A DNA stretch of 57,712 bases, filler included, from Sphacelaria rigidula (Eukaryota), in the NCBI GenBank assembly GCA_964200075.2. It is 7 parts of 7 records of this genome, joined end to end, with 100 filler letters (N's around TTAATTAATTAA, not from the genome) between each part and the next. Parts side by side here need not be neighbours in the genome. Positions count along the whole stretch, not along the records: positions 8,261 to 16,420 come from CAXNAA020012087.1; positions 16,521 to 24,680 come from CAXNAA020012088.1; positions 24,781 to 32,939 come from CAXNAA020012089.1; 4 more parts are not named here. The stretch is one strand, 5' to 3'. The position numbers and the translations under genes were made by a program. The notes beneath the pieces were generated by a model, which saw nothing but the letters and a program-made list of their open reading frames with translations, was not told the origin of the DNA and did no database searches. Below are positions 12,401 to 25,904 of this stretch, in pieces; the stretch's first letter is position 1; every line of letters starts with the position of its first letter.

Positions 12401-15400
12401 GTTATCTGCATCGTTTACACACAAACCCAGGGTTGGGGTTTGTGATCAAATCGGAGATCGATATCACAACATGCATAAACGATCGAGAAATATCTGTGTC
12501 ATGGCGATGGCGGTTTCGACGTGAGTGTGGGACAACAGAAGATGAAAGGTCCCGTCATGCCCGTCTTTGTCGAATCTTAAATTTTAGATATGCAGGTATG
12601 CCATCCTAATGAGGCCGGGACTACGAGATCGGAAGCATTTCAGGCACACTGTAGTCCACCCGACTTGTTGCCCAAATATCAACGAAGAGAATACGCCTAG
12701 CTCTGGACGACCTGCGACCGAATACGGGAACAGTCCCTTTTGTCAGGGAACCAGGAGCTTTATCTTCCTCGACGGCTTTGGTCCTGTCACGAAGATGTCT
12801 TGCTTTAGCGCGTTCCATGCTGGCGATACCGAAAGTTTGTGCCATGAAAGCGACAGAGAGTGACCTTTCTTGGGCAGAAAATCCGACAAAGTAGAACGTT
12901 CAGTCACGTCCGTCTGTGCTCTATATTTCTTCTCTTGTCTTTCCCTCTCTCAAGTTTCCTTTAGCGAGTATTTCCGTTCGGTTCACCATGGATACGCATT
13001 TCTTGCGACCCCGGCTGAAATCCCAAGGGTGTCAGCTCGCATTCGACAACCAAAGGATCAATCCAAACCGCTGACTGTCAATCGTGAGCGAGAACAACAA
13101 ACACGAGAAACCCAGGAGGCACAGAGATGACAACACCAATGACGACACTGTTCGGCTGGAAGCCGGAGCACGGCCTGCCTGTGGCCCTTCTAAGATGAGT
13201 GTGGACGGGTCCTGCCGCTCACGTTGAGGAAGGCAAAATATTCCGGAGCAGTTTGGTTCCACATGCTCCACTCGCTGGTCTTCCCCGTAAATTAATTGAA
13301 TTCGAGCCAAACGTTGTGAAAACTCGTAACACATGGTTGCTGTGTAGGTCCTTTCGCCAAGTCTGGGAAGTGTCTGGTATTTTTGTTTGGCCCGACCACC
13401 AAAAACGTTCTTCCCTACCCACTACTTTGTTGGATACCATGAGAGTTAATTACTACCTAAATATCTATCCTTTTTATCGTGGACGTCTTTACTTTTGATA
13501 CTCTCGCGTCTTACTTTCGCCCCTGCTCACGTTGGATCGAGCCCACAACTGATATGATCATCGAACCCGATTCCAGAACTCGGATGGTCGGCTTGGAATC
13601 GTGTTGCTGTTGGGTCTGTTGTACCCAACTTGGCAGCAATCCTCAAAGTACCACCAGCAACACCTGTATCTGAACCACATCAAACCCCATAATCGCACGG
13701 TGTCCCCAGCTTGCGCGGGCTTTGCGTACGCTATTTTTCTTCTTTGACGTTCGATGCTGTCGGCTGCAGAGTAGCCAACAACTCTGCCAGTCGAATCGAA
13801 TCATCGCACTAATCAGCTAGCTTTTATGGAGATGACCCACGAATATCGCCTTCTACACAATTGGCGTGATATTCCTTCATGGAATGTACACCAGAGTGTT
13901 CCTACTCCAGTGAATGGTATCCACGGCTGTGTCGCGGCCGTGATGTGCAAGAGAAATCTATGAAAGATCCAAAGTGTTCTACTCTCTGTTCGTCCAAATC
14001 AGAGCACGTAGCGGCAGGCAGGAGGTGAACCTAAGAATAGGAAGATGGACGTGCGCCACATATCGCCACAGCCCCCGGCCCCCTAACATACCGATATGTG
14101 TATCACTTGCACGCAGCTCTATATTTCGTTGAACATATGAGGATACTGATATCTGTTAAAATCCGAACGGATGGACCGATACGATTGTAACAATACACTC
14201 GTATCTTTTCTTAATACCGTTTGGGTGAAGAAAGCGTAGCCATCCACTGAACATTCCACCCATCCCACTCCTTTTTGGTACGTGCCAATGCAGTCGTCTC
14301 GTGCAAGCACGTTGCACGTCACGCACGCTCCACCTTGAAAATATCTCGGCTTGATCGGCTTATGCTCAGCACTTTCTTGGTCCAGAGCCTAGCACTAGTG
14401 TCGACATTAAACTCCCACGTTGACCCTGCTTTTTCACCCGACGCTTTCCGCAATCTTGCACAGGTGGTTCGCACCGCGTACGATAAGACGGTAGAGGGAC
14501 AGAGCGTCGTACCCACTCGGGGATTTGGCGACCTATACTATAAGCAAAATAAGGACGGCGATGGGAATCTGCTTCCGCCGGAAAAGCAGGTGTGATTTTC
14601 TCGATCACTCAGTAATCGTTCGAGTATGAAATTCTGCACGTGATCGTTGCTTTTTCCGAAGGCAGAGTGACCGAAGTAACGGAGCGCTGAAGAAGTCGAG
14701 TCCTTACATCAGGCGAAGCCTGATCTATATCTCCTCTCTACATGCTGGTATTATGATGAAACAGCTCGATTGCGCGCTCCATCATGATTTATCGTTGGAT
14801 CACACTGTGGCGATCTTATAGGGTACATCCACGGTATAGGCTCGCCGTGAGCGTCCCGCGCCTGAACTGACCGTCCGAAAGACTTTGAGTTTACGATTGG
14901 TGGATTTTTCGCGCGAGTGCGCGAGGCTCCAAATGCGTCACCGATGGACGAATCACCTGGACCTGGCAAAATTTGCCCGAACAGATCACCCTGATTGTTC
15001 TTCGATTTTCGCGCCTACAACTTGGCGCATTCATGCTGCGCAATATTTGGGTCCATTGTACGCACCACGAAACACACAGGTTGTCACCGCTTGCCCGGAA
15101 ATCATGATTCACGAGCGGGGCTCGAGCGGGAAAGAGGAGTTGTTGCTGCTGGCCTGCGACGGAGTGTGGGATGTGTTGAGTAACCAAGACGCGGGGGAAT
15201 TCTTGGCAGCAGAACTCCAAGATTGTCCGCTCGGCGAGGTACTAGCTGCTAGCTGAGTTTGCCTTGTTCCCGCCTCTGACGCCTCAGATTCGGAATGAGA
15301 CGTTTGCAGTGCATGCCACACGGCCGTGCTTGCTTACAAGTTGATACTGGAGTCTACTAACCCAAGCCTTCGAACGCTTGCACGCTCTTTTTTCGCAGGA

Positions 15401-15782
15401 TGCAGCGTCGTTGCCCAGTGCTGAACGCCCTCCGTTCCCATTAATGGGCAATAACTGCTATGTGATCCTCTGTTGAGTACCCACGTGGTATGTATTGTTA
15501 CGCGAACGGCAGCAGCACGGAGTTTGACTGCACCCGACCAGGGTTCCGAAGGCAATCTGCAATCAAGTGATGTTTTGTTCCATACCTTGTTGCTCTCGTC
15601 CTGAAAACGTTTCGCAGGCGACAGGGGAGGATCTGGCCCGTGCGTGTGACGCGTTAGTGGCGGAGTGTTTGAAACGAAATTCGGAGGACAACATCACAGC
15701 TATGGCGGTATCTCTTGGGTCGGGACCACCCCCCCCGCCGTCGGCCGTCGGGGGCAGGGTTCTTTTCGGCGATGGCGTTTAG
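9480..15782 (+). CDS. Protein phosphatase 2C (PPM family), 3' part of a spliced gene
   Basis: Exons ~9480-9598 (AVQEAFVNCDKQL; acceptor uncertain), 9943-10650 (SGSTAVV, ANAGDSRA, LSRDH), 14464-14589 (TRGFGD), 15080-15238 (LLACDGVWDV) and 15618-15782 (SEDNIT, stop). All junctions are phase 0 GT-AG. Confidence 0.93.
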
Positions 15783-16420
15783 GTTGTTGGTGAGGGGCGG
15801 TTTCTTAAAATTAAGTAATACACTTGTCGAAGGCAGCCACCTTGTTTCTATGAAACGCATGAGTGGGTGACGATCTAAAGTTCAGTTGAACACTGAAACC
15901 TAGAGTCAGTAAGTAATCACGTGAGCTTGCACACTATGTAACCGGTGTATACGTATGCTTCTCCTACCACCAAAGAGGTCCCATTCTCAGGTTGTAACAC
16001 TCTTAGCTACCGTCCCGAGTTGTCGCAGATCGAAATTGCGAGTTCCCCCATATGGGGCTTTCTGTAGATGCGTTCACCCGTCGATGTAGCAGTGGCGAGT
16101 TTCGTGAGAGCCAATGAATACGCCAGGTACAGGGTGCACTCCCTCAAGGCGCTTCGACCGCGTCGAGGTTCCGACAGTAGCAACGAAAGGTGACGTCATT
16201 GGTTCAGGAATGTCAACAGGAGAGGTCGTGTTTATCGTCGTATGGTGTCACCAGGTTTTCGAAGGGAGGGCTCTACACTCAAAAACACTCGGCAGCACAG
16301 GTGTGCAGAGGCGCTGATGGAACACGCCTCTAGCTACAACGGTAGAGTATATCTGCTCTGGTTGCGCAAGGCGACCCGAACGTTTGTCAAGCTGTTGGGG
16401 CTTGGTCGTTAGATACTCTT

Positions 16421-16520
16421 NNNNNNNNNNNNNNNNNNNNNNNNNNNNNNNNNNNNNNNNNNNNTTAATTAATTAANNNNNNNNNNNNNNNNNNNNNNNN
16501 NNNNNNNNNNNNNNNNNNNN
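16421..16520. other. Artificial contig linker
   Basis: N44-TTAATTAATTAA-N44. Confidence 0.97.
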
Positions 16521-17462
16521 CGTACGATGGGTTGCTTTTTTTTTGGGTATCCCGCCTCCCTGGGACAGCCACGGCTTGTACACTGCCTCATGGGGGGAGG
16601 GGGGGGCTATCGCGACATCACTCCCTTGTTGTAGCTAGTTCCGCATACGACCAAATGCGCGAGCTTTCGGAAAATACGCCATACAAAAGGATGCATTTTC
16701 TCTCCATCTGTTGCCATATTTTCAACCCCTCCCGTTCCTCGGGATAAGTCCGTAGTGTCGAGGATCAACGCATGTCTCTCTCCGGTATGTTATACGCGCT
16801 ATTCTGTGGTATCGGGGATCGGATCAGCACTCCCGCACCAAGTCGACTCTCATCGAGAAAACGTACCTTGTTGCACACGTCCCGACGTTTTCAAAGGTGT
16901 GAATCATCACATGTTTCTCAGACAAAAAACGGAAATGCATTCTTCCGTAATTCGAACCCTCAATCTTTCACCCTGATGGCTTTCGCTGTACCCGTTTGAT
17001 CACCGGGGCGCGGCATTACACACACACATATATATGATCTACACACACATATATATATATATGATCGTGGAGATTTGTTCTGCCGAAAAACGTTGATATG
17101 GGGCGAAGAACACAGCGCAAAACCAGGCTCAACAGGTAATAGGGTCACTTTGTGGAGAAAGAATGAGGATTTTGGACACATGGAAAGATCAACTCGAACT
17201 GCCCAAATCTGATAGCTCACGCTGAATGATATCACACAAAGGAAGAAGCGCCTGCGCAAAAACACCTGGGCAAGATGTCGCGCGGAAAACCTCTACGCCG
17301 GAAGAAGGAGAAGAAGAAGAAAAAACGAGGGGAAACGAAAGGAAAATAAACAGGGGACGGGGCAAAGACGCCTCTGCCCCCTCCGAGTAGAGAAGAGAAG
17401 TACCGAGAAGAAATGGAACAGCAGGAAAGACGGAACGAATTTCAGTTTTGTGAATCACGCAC

Positions 17463-20400
17463 CTCGAAAGCCACCGCAGTTGAGGCCAGCTTCTCCGCGG
17501 TGTCCTCGTCGGCCGTGGTCGCAAAAGACGAAAACTCCGCGTCGCAGGCGATACTCTGCCGATCCACGCATGCCGAGTACCGCTCCCGCTGTTCCTCGAT
17601 TATGTAGTACGCGTGCAGGACGGTGCTGGCGACTTGGTTTAGGCTGGGAGACTGAAGCACAACGTTTCCCACGCTCGCTGTCGGCCATACCATCGCCAAC
17701 AGCATCGTGCGGCGGGCAAGGGCTTCGAGGCTCAGGGGTGGAGAAAAGGGCGGCACAGTTCTCATAATACTGAAGTATGTTGATAGCGTAGTAAGACGAC
17801 TATGACAGCTGGAGGAGATACTTTTGCTCTGCACACCCCATCAGCTATGGAGGAACCAACCACGCGCCTTCCAGAGGAAGGAACTGGAACTGCGGAAGGT
17901 TCTAAGGCCCTCGATCGTTTAGAGAACATCTTCCAGAGCTCGGCTAAATGGATACGGGGCGCGGGAGGTCAGCACGTTGAAACGGCTGTGCCGTAACCTG
18001 TAACGCGGTGCACTACTATTTTTCTTTAGGTTTTTGGTTTTATAGGCATGCAGTCACTTTCGTAGGGAAGGAACGACCAATGCTGTGGGTATGGATGCTA
18101 CAGGTACACGTAATACATAGGCGTACAGCAATCCCTCTGGAACGGCAAACGGGAACAGGCTAGAAGGTCCACTGCCGTGGCGATGAAAGCAAGGTGGCAT
18201 GGTCCACTGTGAAAATCACCGCTTCCGAATCATGAGCAGAAGACATTCACGAATGCCTCTATGCAACATCGCAGAGCTATCTATACTCGCAATTTCTGTG
18301 GTGCGCGGCGGCCTTTAACCCGTACTTTGACGAACGCGGGGAAACAGGGCACGATGTTACCAACAGGGTTTCCACATCAAATAGACTCCCGCCGATCTGA
18401 GTCACGGCTATGATTTGCAAGCTGTTTGCTACGATGGCGTCTTGGAAGACATTATATCGCAGGAAAAAATATAAATACCTGCCACGCTTAGACTGGTGCT
18501 CCACAGCGCGCAGACTGCCATTATGCAGGCACACAAACGTGCGAAGAACCCGGGGGCTTTCCGCGCGTTATCCCACCATGTAAAAGCTCGGACGCCGGCA
18601 AACCCCGCGTCTTTACTTGTTCCCTTCCCCTTGCTTGTATCTCCTTTATCTTGCCATCGACGGAACCAATGTGGCCCGCTGTTGCTGTCACACCGCCCTC
18701 GCCCTGCTTCGCGACGTCTTTTCAGCAATGCACCGTGCATTCTGGCGAACATGCAGCGAAAATAGATGCCTACCTTGCCGCCGGTGTTACTTCCAAGCCG
18801 AACACGTCGCGTTGTCTTTTCACCCCCGCCAGTTGTTGTCGAAGGTATGAATCGATGATCGATCAGAGGCCGTACACCCGACAGCAGATTTCCACTCTCT
18901 GCCGCTGCGGCAATCTCAAATTCATCGTGAAGGGGAGACGAGGTGATTTCTTGAAGTGACGACTTGTGTCCGCAGCCGTCTTCCGGCCATGGTGTACCTG
19001 CCTCGGTGGGTGTAGTCGACCGAGAATTTGGCCCGCTGGTGGAAAGTCGACGGTGTGTTGCGGCGAGCGCTCCCCCCGGGGGTGTAGATGGTCGAACTTG
19101 GTCAGCGCGGAATCGGTTCGAGGAACTGCTTGCGAAGTTTCGGTGGAGGTCGAGTGGTCGAGGGACGCCGTCGCGTATCGGTGTGCCCCCCCCTGTGGAA
19201 TGGCGAGGAAGATCGAACATCGAGGATGATAAAACAAAAGGCATCGAGTGCCGACCAGCACGGCGGTCGTCATGGTTTCTTCGGGGTCGTGGACCCCACA
19301 GACCTCGGTCGCTGCCGCCGTAACGGTCCGCTATCGCGTTTTCGGCTGCACCATTGGTGTCGTTTATCCTATCGTTCGTGTTGTCGTTCTCCTCGTCCGC
19401 CCAAGAAGTCAGACCCTCTCGGGGGAAAACGCGAGATTCTCCTTGCCTCCCCCCGACAGGCGAGGAGTGAGAGACGACCACGTCATTGTCGCCGCCATCA
19501 TCACTGTAGCGTGATCCCAGGCGACGAGCTGATGATGGCAAACCGGCCCCTAAAGGAGACAGCGGCGGCGGCAACGACGACGATGAAAGGCCATGCTTGA
19601 CTGCGGTCATGGCGTCATCCCCGTCGTCTCCCCAAGTCGATGCCTCAACGACAGCAAGGGGTGGTGGATGGGATATCGGCACGGTTGATTTTGCCACCAT
19701 GCTTTCTTCTCCGTCATCACCCCACACAGACGCTCCCACACACACGGGGGCGGGGGGTAAGGGGCGGTGGGATACGGGCAATTTGACACTCACGCTTTCG
19801 TCTCCGGCGTCTTCACACGTCGATGCCCCGGCTACAGAGACAGGTAGAGGATGAGACATCGTCACGGTGGGTTTTCCGGACATGTTTTCGTCCTCGTCGT
19901 CGCCCCATGCCGACGCTGACACGGAAGGAGGGGGTGAGAGGCGGTGGGATACGAGCGACTTGGCAGTGGTCCTATTTTCGTCCCCGTCGTCTCCCCACGC
20001 CGCTGCCCCAACAACAGCAGCAGGTGGTGGGTGGAATACCGCGACAACGGGTTTTCTGGCCATACTTCCGTCTCCGTCATCACCCCAGGCCGACGCTTCC
20101 ATACACACCGGGGGTGAGGCATGGTGGGGTACGGGCGATCTGACAGCAGTCATTGTTTTGTCCGAGTCGTCTCGCCACGCTGACACTCCCGCTGCAACGG
20201 CAGGAAGTCGACGGGGTATTGGCGCGGCGGGTTTTTCGGTCATGCTTTCGTCTCCGTCATCACCCCATGCCGAAGCCCCCACGAGAGCAGACTGTGACGG
20301 GCGGAGGGAGACGGGCGATTTCACAGCGACCATAGCTTCGTCCCCGTCGTCTCCCCATGCGGACGCCGCGGCAGCAGCGGCAGGTAGTGGGTGGGATTTT

Positions 20401-20914
20401 ATCACGACGGGTTTTCTGGTCATGGTTTCGTCTCCGCCATCTCTCCATGGTAAAGTCCCCACGAGAGCAGACTGTGAGGGACAGGGAGCGATGGGCGATT
20501 TGACAGCGGTCACACCCTCGTCTCCGTCGTCTCGCCACACCGACACCCCGGCGGCAGCGGCAGGTAGTCGGTAAGATATTGGCACGGTGGTTTTTCCGGT
20601 CATGCTTTCGTCTCCGTCGTCACCCCATGCCGAAGCTCTCGCGAGAGCAGGCGGTGAGGGGTGGGGGGAGACGGGCAAGTTGACAGCGGCCATAGCTTCA
20701 TCCCCGTCGTCTCCCCACGCGGACGCCCCGGCAGCAAAGGTAGGTAGTGGGTCGGATATTGTCGCGGCCCGATTTATGGTCATGGTTTCATCTCTGCCGT
20801 CTCGCCATGCTGACGCACCAATGGAAGCGGGCGGTGAGGGGCGGTGGGATTGCGGGTTGGGGAGGTTGACTGCTGTCCTAGCTTCATTCCTGCCATTTCC
20901 CCATGTGCATGCTC
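17463..20914 (-). CDS. Unknown protein with tandem SAWGDDGDE repeats followed by hydrophobic segments (partial spliced gene)
   Basis: Frame open from ~20970 to 18429. Candidate exon 20914-18479 (ttccag| ... GCAG|gtattt) joins in phase 1 to exon 17722-17463 (LARRTMLLAMVWP...EEQRERYSACVDRQSIACD...FE|gtgcgt). Confidence 0.7.
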
Positions 20915-20915
20915 C
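19600..20915 (-). repeat. Coding tandem repeat, 90-bp unit forming a 180-bp higher-order dimer
   Basis: CCGTCGTCTCCCCA-like motif recurs near 19621, 19801, 19981, 20161, 20341, 20521 and 20701, with alternate subunits 90 bp between. Confidence 0.9.
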
Positions 20916-21692
20916 TGGAAAAGCGGTGGGTGATCGGTGGGATATCAGCTCGGTGATTTTTACGTTCCATCATCACCCACTACATGATACAAATGTCCAA
21001 TATAAGACGAAGACTTGGCTGCAAGTAGGCACCGATAATCACCGCACGTGCGTCACATTTCCTCTACTGTAGAGCCGGATAAATCTACATCATTCTTGCA
21101 GATTCCCGTGGAAGTTTGGTTTCTACGGTCCCAGATGGTAAGTGAGCGGTGATTCCTTTCATCTTAAGTACTCGCTACTTCACGCCGAAATCCCAGAAAA
21201 CGTGGAGCGAGGGGTCACGTGAGCACTGGTGTTGTGCATGGCGTAGCCACCGGCTTGGATGCGGCGCCTTAATGATGCAACGGAAATTAGAAGCGAATAC
21301 TTGGATACGGACATTCAGCAAAACGCTATGACAGTTTTTGTCGGTCGGGCTAAGGGTACACAAAGAACGGTATCCCACACAACTATCTTACCCATCCCCC
21401 CGATCCCCGGAGGGCCGAAATTACTTGTTTTTATTATGTCCACATATTGTTTTCCGCGTTGCCTTTTCCTTCTCAATTCATGCCTTCACACTTGTTGGAA
21501 CCACCTACATGCTGGTGCTGGTTGACTTGCCGCTATTTAACGGTCGTGATTGGAGACGACTCCCAACCAAAACCATCCCTGCGACAGTCTCGGACAAAAT
21601 TTTCGAACAAAAGCCACCACGTACATCTTGTACAATACGGTAGCAATGGAAGGGGAAAATGAAGAGCCTACGACAGTGGTAGTGTGCAGAGG

Positions 21693-22008
21693 GTGTATGT
21701 ATGCTGTCATCCCATCTATTCTGGACGCCGGTCTACACCTTTCGACATATGTGGGCGCATCACAGCCGGGGTCACACAGGGGCAAGCTCAACACAGGAGT
21801 CTTCGTTTGTCTGTGTGTTCCAGTACTCCACCTTCCTCCTACAGTGCTTGCCTTGCGTATTATTGCGAGAAGGGTTCACCGGCCTCGTTCCTTGGTCGAC
21901 CATGAAGCCGAAATTTGCGTGCTCACGACCTCGTCGCTCTCTACTGTTGGGCATGATGTGAAGAAGCATTCTAGATCGTGTGACTCCACCAAGATTCAAA
22001 CACATCAC
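21693..22008 (-). mobile_element. SINE family A copy
   Basis: Reverse complement of the element at 31376-31744. Confidence 0.85.
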
Positions 22009-22169
22009 TCACAACACCTCCTCATCGAGTTTTACTCATTTTTTTTAATTTCCTCATTTGTTTTACTTTTATTTTTTATTGTTACTATTATTTGTCTACA
22101 CCCACGTATTAGGGGGGAAGTTGATCGTATACTACCCCCTCCAACGATGCTGGAGGAGGGAAGAATTAT

Positions 22170-24400
22170 CAGCGAGGGTTTAGACCAAACCGTAGTTGCG
22201 TAGACCATATGTACACATTGCATAAGATTATTCAAGGTTGGAAAGACGCGGGGCTAACAACATACTGCTTCTTTCTAGACGTACAGAAGGCCTATGACAC
22301 AGTATGGAGAAATGGGCTGTGGAAAAAGATGGGGAACGCCGGGATCAGGACAAATGTATGGAGAATGGCGAAAGAGATGACAGTATGTGCAAGAAGTATA
22401 TGATGCTAGGTGGGTGAACATCGAAATATGTCGATATTATGCGAAGAGTCATTGGTCGCAGAGGGGTGTACATTAGCACCCACATTATTCAAGATGCTAC
22501 TAATGACATGACAATAGCAGTAAAAGCAGCAAAACGAGGAGTCAAGATGGGAGAAGATACGGTCTCGGGATTGACGTTTGCGGATAATTTCGCGGGAATA
22601 TCAGAAACACCAGAAGAAGGACTGCAGAGAGAAATGGAGAAGGCGCTACAGTAGAATACACTGTGGCATGGGGAGAGGGAGACAGCGAACGCGAAAAAAT
22701 GCGCGGTAGCTGTGTTTAACAATGATAGGAGAACCCGGTAGACTTCCAATGAAAGTAAGAAGAAGAGGAGATACCCAGCGTAGACGGGTATACATAACCA
22801 TGTAACTTGGCGTAGAAATATCGAAACACCGTCCGTGGGATCCACACATAGATAAAATATTAGGAAAGGGTGAGGCATACATAGAGAAGGTACCCAGCGT
22901 AGACGGGTATACATAACCATGTAACTCGACGTAGAGATATCGAAGCACCGTCCTTGGGATGCACACATAGATAAAATATTAGGGAAGGATGAGGTATACA
23001 TAGCAAGATGGACGCGATTGTAGAGCACTGACACCTCGATACTAGGATGAAGGTTTGCATTCTGGTGAATGTGAACGTACCAAAGCTAATACTTCCTCTA
23101 TCCCACAAGTCTGGGGAGTTATGGGCGTCTGATTGTTCGCGCACTTATACTTTTCCGATCATCCTATAGTTAGGTTCGTTGGAAGCATGAAGTCTCAACG
23201 AAGCTGATGCAAAAAAAAAAACGCCGGTTGTCCATACTAAAATGAAGTCAAAATATTCCCATTTTTGAGATTTTTGAGATTTTTTTTGATATTTTTTTCG
23301 AGAATTCGTGTTTACTATCCCTAGACCTAGCCCACAGACAACACAATACCATGGACTTGCCCCCAAGTACCCCCCCCCGTTGCAAGGACGGCGAGCTATC
23401 CGTGGGCCGCCGCATTGCTATCGCGGTGGAGGTTGCGAGGACAACTAATCGTTTGTTTTCCCCTGGGGACCCCCAAGTGTCTTGGTTTTAGTGTGGGCCC
23501 CCCAAGTGTCTTGTTTTTAGTGTGGTAACCCCAAGTATCTTGGTTTTAGTGTGGAACCCCCAAGTGTACTTTTTTCAGTGTGGGACGCTATTATACTGGT
23601 TTTAGTATAGGGGACGCGACATGGATCGTTGAGTTGGAGCGTTGAGTAGAGGGGGGGGGCTATTGTTGTTTGGTTTGCCCCCCAAGTGTCTTGGTTTTAG
23701 TGTGGGAACCACAATTTTCCTGGTTTTAGTGTGGGTTCACTATTGTAATGGTTCTAGTATGGGGGATGCGACATGGATCGTTGAGTAGAGGGGGGTTAGG
23801 TTTAGGGTTGGGGATAATTCTTGGTAGTTTTTAGTGTTGTTTTTTCATAGTGCCCCCAAAACTAAAAACCCCCAAGTGGTCAAATTACGGTAATTTTTGG
23901 CCTGACTACTTTTTTGTTAGCCGCTGACACATGCAGGGTACTGTGCAAGAAAAAAATACATGTGTTTCAACCCGAAACACGCTCAAGATTCCAACAAAAC
24001 TATCGCCGAAGACATCCCACACCGTTAAGGGCTCGTACAAACATAACTCTCCAGACTCATGGGACAGAGGACGTATATATCTATATGTGTGTGTGCAGGA
24101 GAAGTACGGGAAGGGAGCGCGAAGTTCGTCAAGCAGCTGGATACTACAGTACACATACATGAGCAGCTAAGAAAATACTCGGGTGCTCAAAAACGAGGAG
24201 TAATAATACGGCATTGAGAACAGAACTGAGAAACTTGAAATAAATGGCAATATTTGTAAGGAATATGATAGGAAGGAGATTGCCGGCCATAATTAATGAG
24301 GCTTCCAGAGGCTTCATGGAAGGAAGTAACGAAAGAATAAAGTGGAATAGCGTGGTCGAGAAAGGATTATGGGAGGGTATAGGAGGAAACTGAGACGAGA
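22170..24400 (+). mobile_element. Degenerate non-LTR retrotransposon (LINE) reverse transcriptase fragment
   Basis: GFRPNRSCVDHMYTL, CFFLDVQKAYDTVWRNGLW, GLTFADNF. After the insertion it resumes with AGEV..AAKKILGCSK..TALRTEL. Internal ~120-bp duplication at ~22770-23000. Confidence 0.9.
23092..24073. mobile_element. Non-autonomous TIR DNA transposon with TA TSD (Tc1/mariner-like), nested in the LINE
   Basis: 32-bp TIRs: CTTCCTCTATCCCACAAGTCTGGGGAGTTATG (23092-23123) and the inverse at 24042-24073. TA at 23090-23091 and 24074-24075. LINE coding resumes after it. Internal ~29-bp repeats CCCCAAGTGTCTTGGTTTTAGTGTGGG. Confidence 0.85.
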
Positions 24401-24424
24401 TCATGCCCCTAGTATTTTCTCATC

Positions 24425-24640
24425 CTTTAGCGCTCCACCTTTCTTCTGCGGTGCTTGCCTTCCTTTTCTCGCGAGAAAGGTTCAGATACCCCTGTATGTA
24501 CCTCGTCGACCGTGGAATCAAAAGGTGCTCACGACATAGTCGCTCCGCACTGTTGGGCATAGTGTAAAACAAAATCCCAGATCGTGTGACTACACCAAGA
24601 TCCGAACCCACGTCCCAGCCGTCAGAACAGCCAATCATCT
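24425..24640 (-). mobile_element. SINE family A, partial copy (5' half)
   Basis: Minus strand TCTGACGGCTGGGACGTGGGTTCGGATCT...GATCTGGGATTTT matches the family A head. Confidence 0.75.
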
Positions 24641-24680
24641 ATGTTGAGGATGGTGCTTTTCATTGAGGATGAGAACCCGG

Positions 24681-24780
24681 NNNNNNNNNNNNNNNNNNNN
24701 NNNNNNNNNNNNNNNNNNNNNNNNTTAATTAATTAANNNNNNNNNNNNNNNNNNNNNNNNNNNNNNNNNNNNNNNNNNNN
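24681..24780. other. Artificial contig linker
   Basis: N44-TTAATTAATTAA-N44. Confidence 0.97.
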
Positions 24781-25904
24781 ACTGTTTCGTTTAGACGCCA
24801 GACACGTCATTCCTGACCAGCCTCATTGGTCGTTCTGGAGGCCCGGTCCCCAAAGGGTTAATAGCTGATTCTCAAGCGTTGTCGATTTCGTTGATTTTGT
24901 ACGATGGCCGGCGAGTTCTTGTAGCCACTAATGCTTCCCTTCGGCCGCTTGAACAACATGTGCACAGCGTGGGTGGGATGGCGCAACCGGATGCTTTGAC
25001 AAAAGTCTCGTTGATAGTACCAGAAAATCCAAAGCAAGAACCTGTGGCAGGTGATGGTCTGGTAGCACGCCATGCCGCGAAACAGCTTGTCGTGGAATTG
25101 CTGCAATTGAGGTGAAACACGTATAAAAATGACAGATGGGAACTGATGGCAGCATAAACGAACCCTTGAACCACAAATCAGCCCTTAGCTCTCGGTCAGT
25201 AGCCTGCCTATGCTTCTAGCACAATCAGGCATTCGAGTTTAGCCGCGGCAAAAGCTAAGTCAGCAGGTCTCCCACCCTTCACCTAGCCACCACCCGGAAC
25301 TGATTCACGGCTTGGTGAAGAAGAGAAAATACTCTTGACAAAAGGTCTGTGCATCGATGTATTGAGCATTGCGCACGGAGAAGGTTACGTATACGAATCC
25401 CTTTCCCACCAGAACATCAGAACAGCAGAACAGAAACGAATGTTTGGAGAGGGTAATTGGCAACTCGTACAAAATACTTATAAGGACGTGACGGGAGCAT
25501 TTCACGTACGTATATATACATATAGAATATAGAACTAATAGCAGATACATTTGGTGTCAGATCTCTTCCCGGCAGACAGGTGTCATTCCGCTGTCGAGCT
25601 CTGACAGTCCACCGTTTCCCCTTGACTTGATTTTAGACCACGATTTTTTCGCGGACTCCTCTCGGTAGACATTAGGGTGCGTTTTGTTTCCGCTTGGGTT
25701 TGGAAGACATTGGCGTTTTCGCTCTGCGTTCTACCTGACGTTATGTCGTTGAAATGCATTTCCTCTTCCGACGTCTCGGTGGTACCTTTCGATCGTCGAA
25801 GGTGTCATCTCTCTCGACCGCATACAGGCCATGTCGCAAAATTTTTCACGTAAAACCTGAGTCGGTATCATGTTCCGTTGAAGCGGAACGGTATGAAACG
25901 GCAG

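Noticed and set aside
10900..14100. Nested gene or transposase in the long PP2C intron
   Set aside because: Only short fragmentary ORFs with no recognisable motif or clear termini. Possibly an old TE, but unsupported.
19597..21072. Plus-strand ORFs with SSPSSPHA repeats
   Set aside because: Antisense shadows of the minus-strand repeat exon. They are broken by stops while the minus frame stays open.
23465..23740. ~29-bp repeats as a CRISPR array
   Set aside because: No unique spacers, degenerate units, no cas genes, and they lie inside a eukaryotic TIR element.
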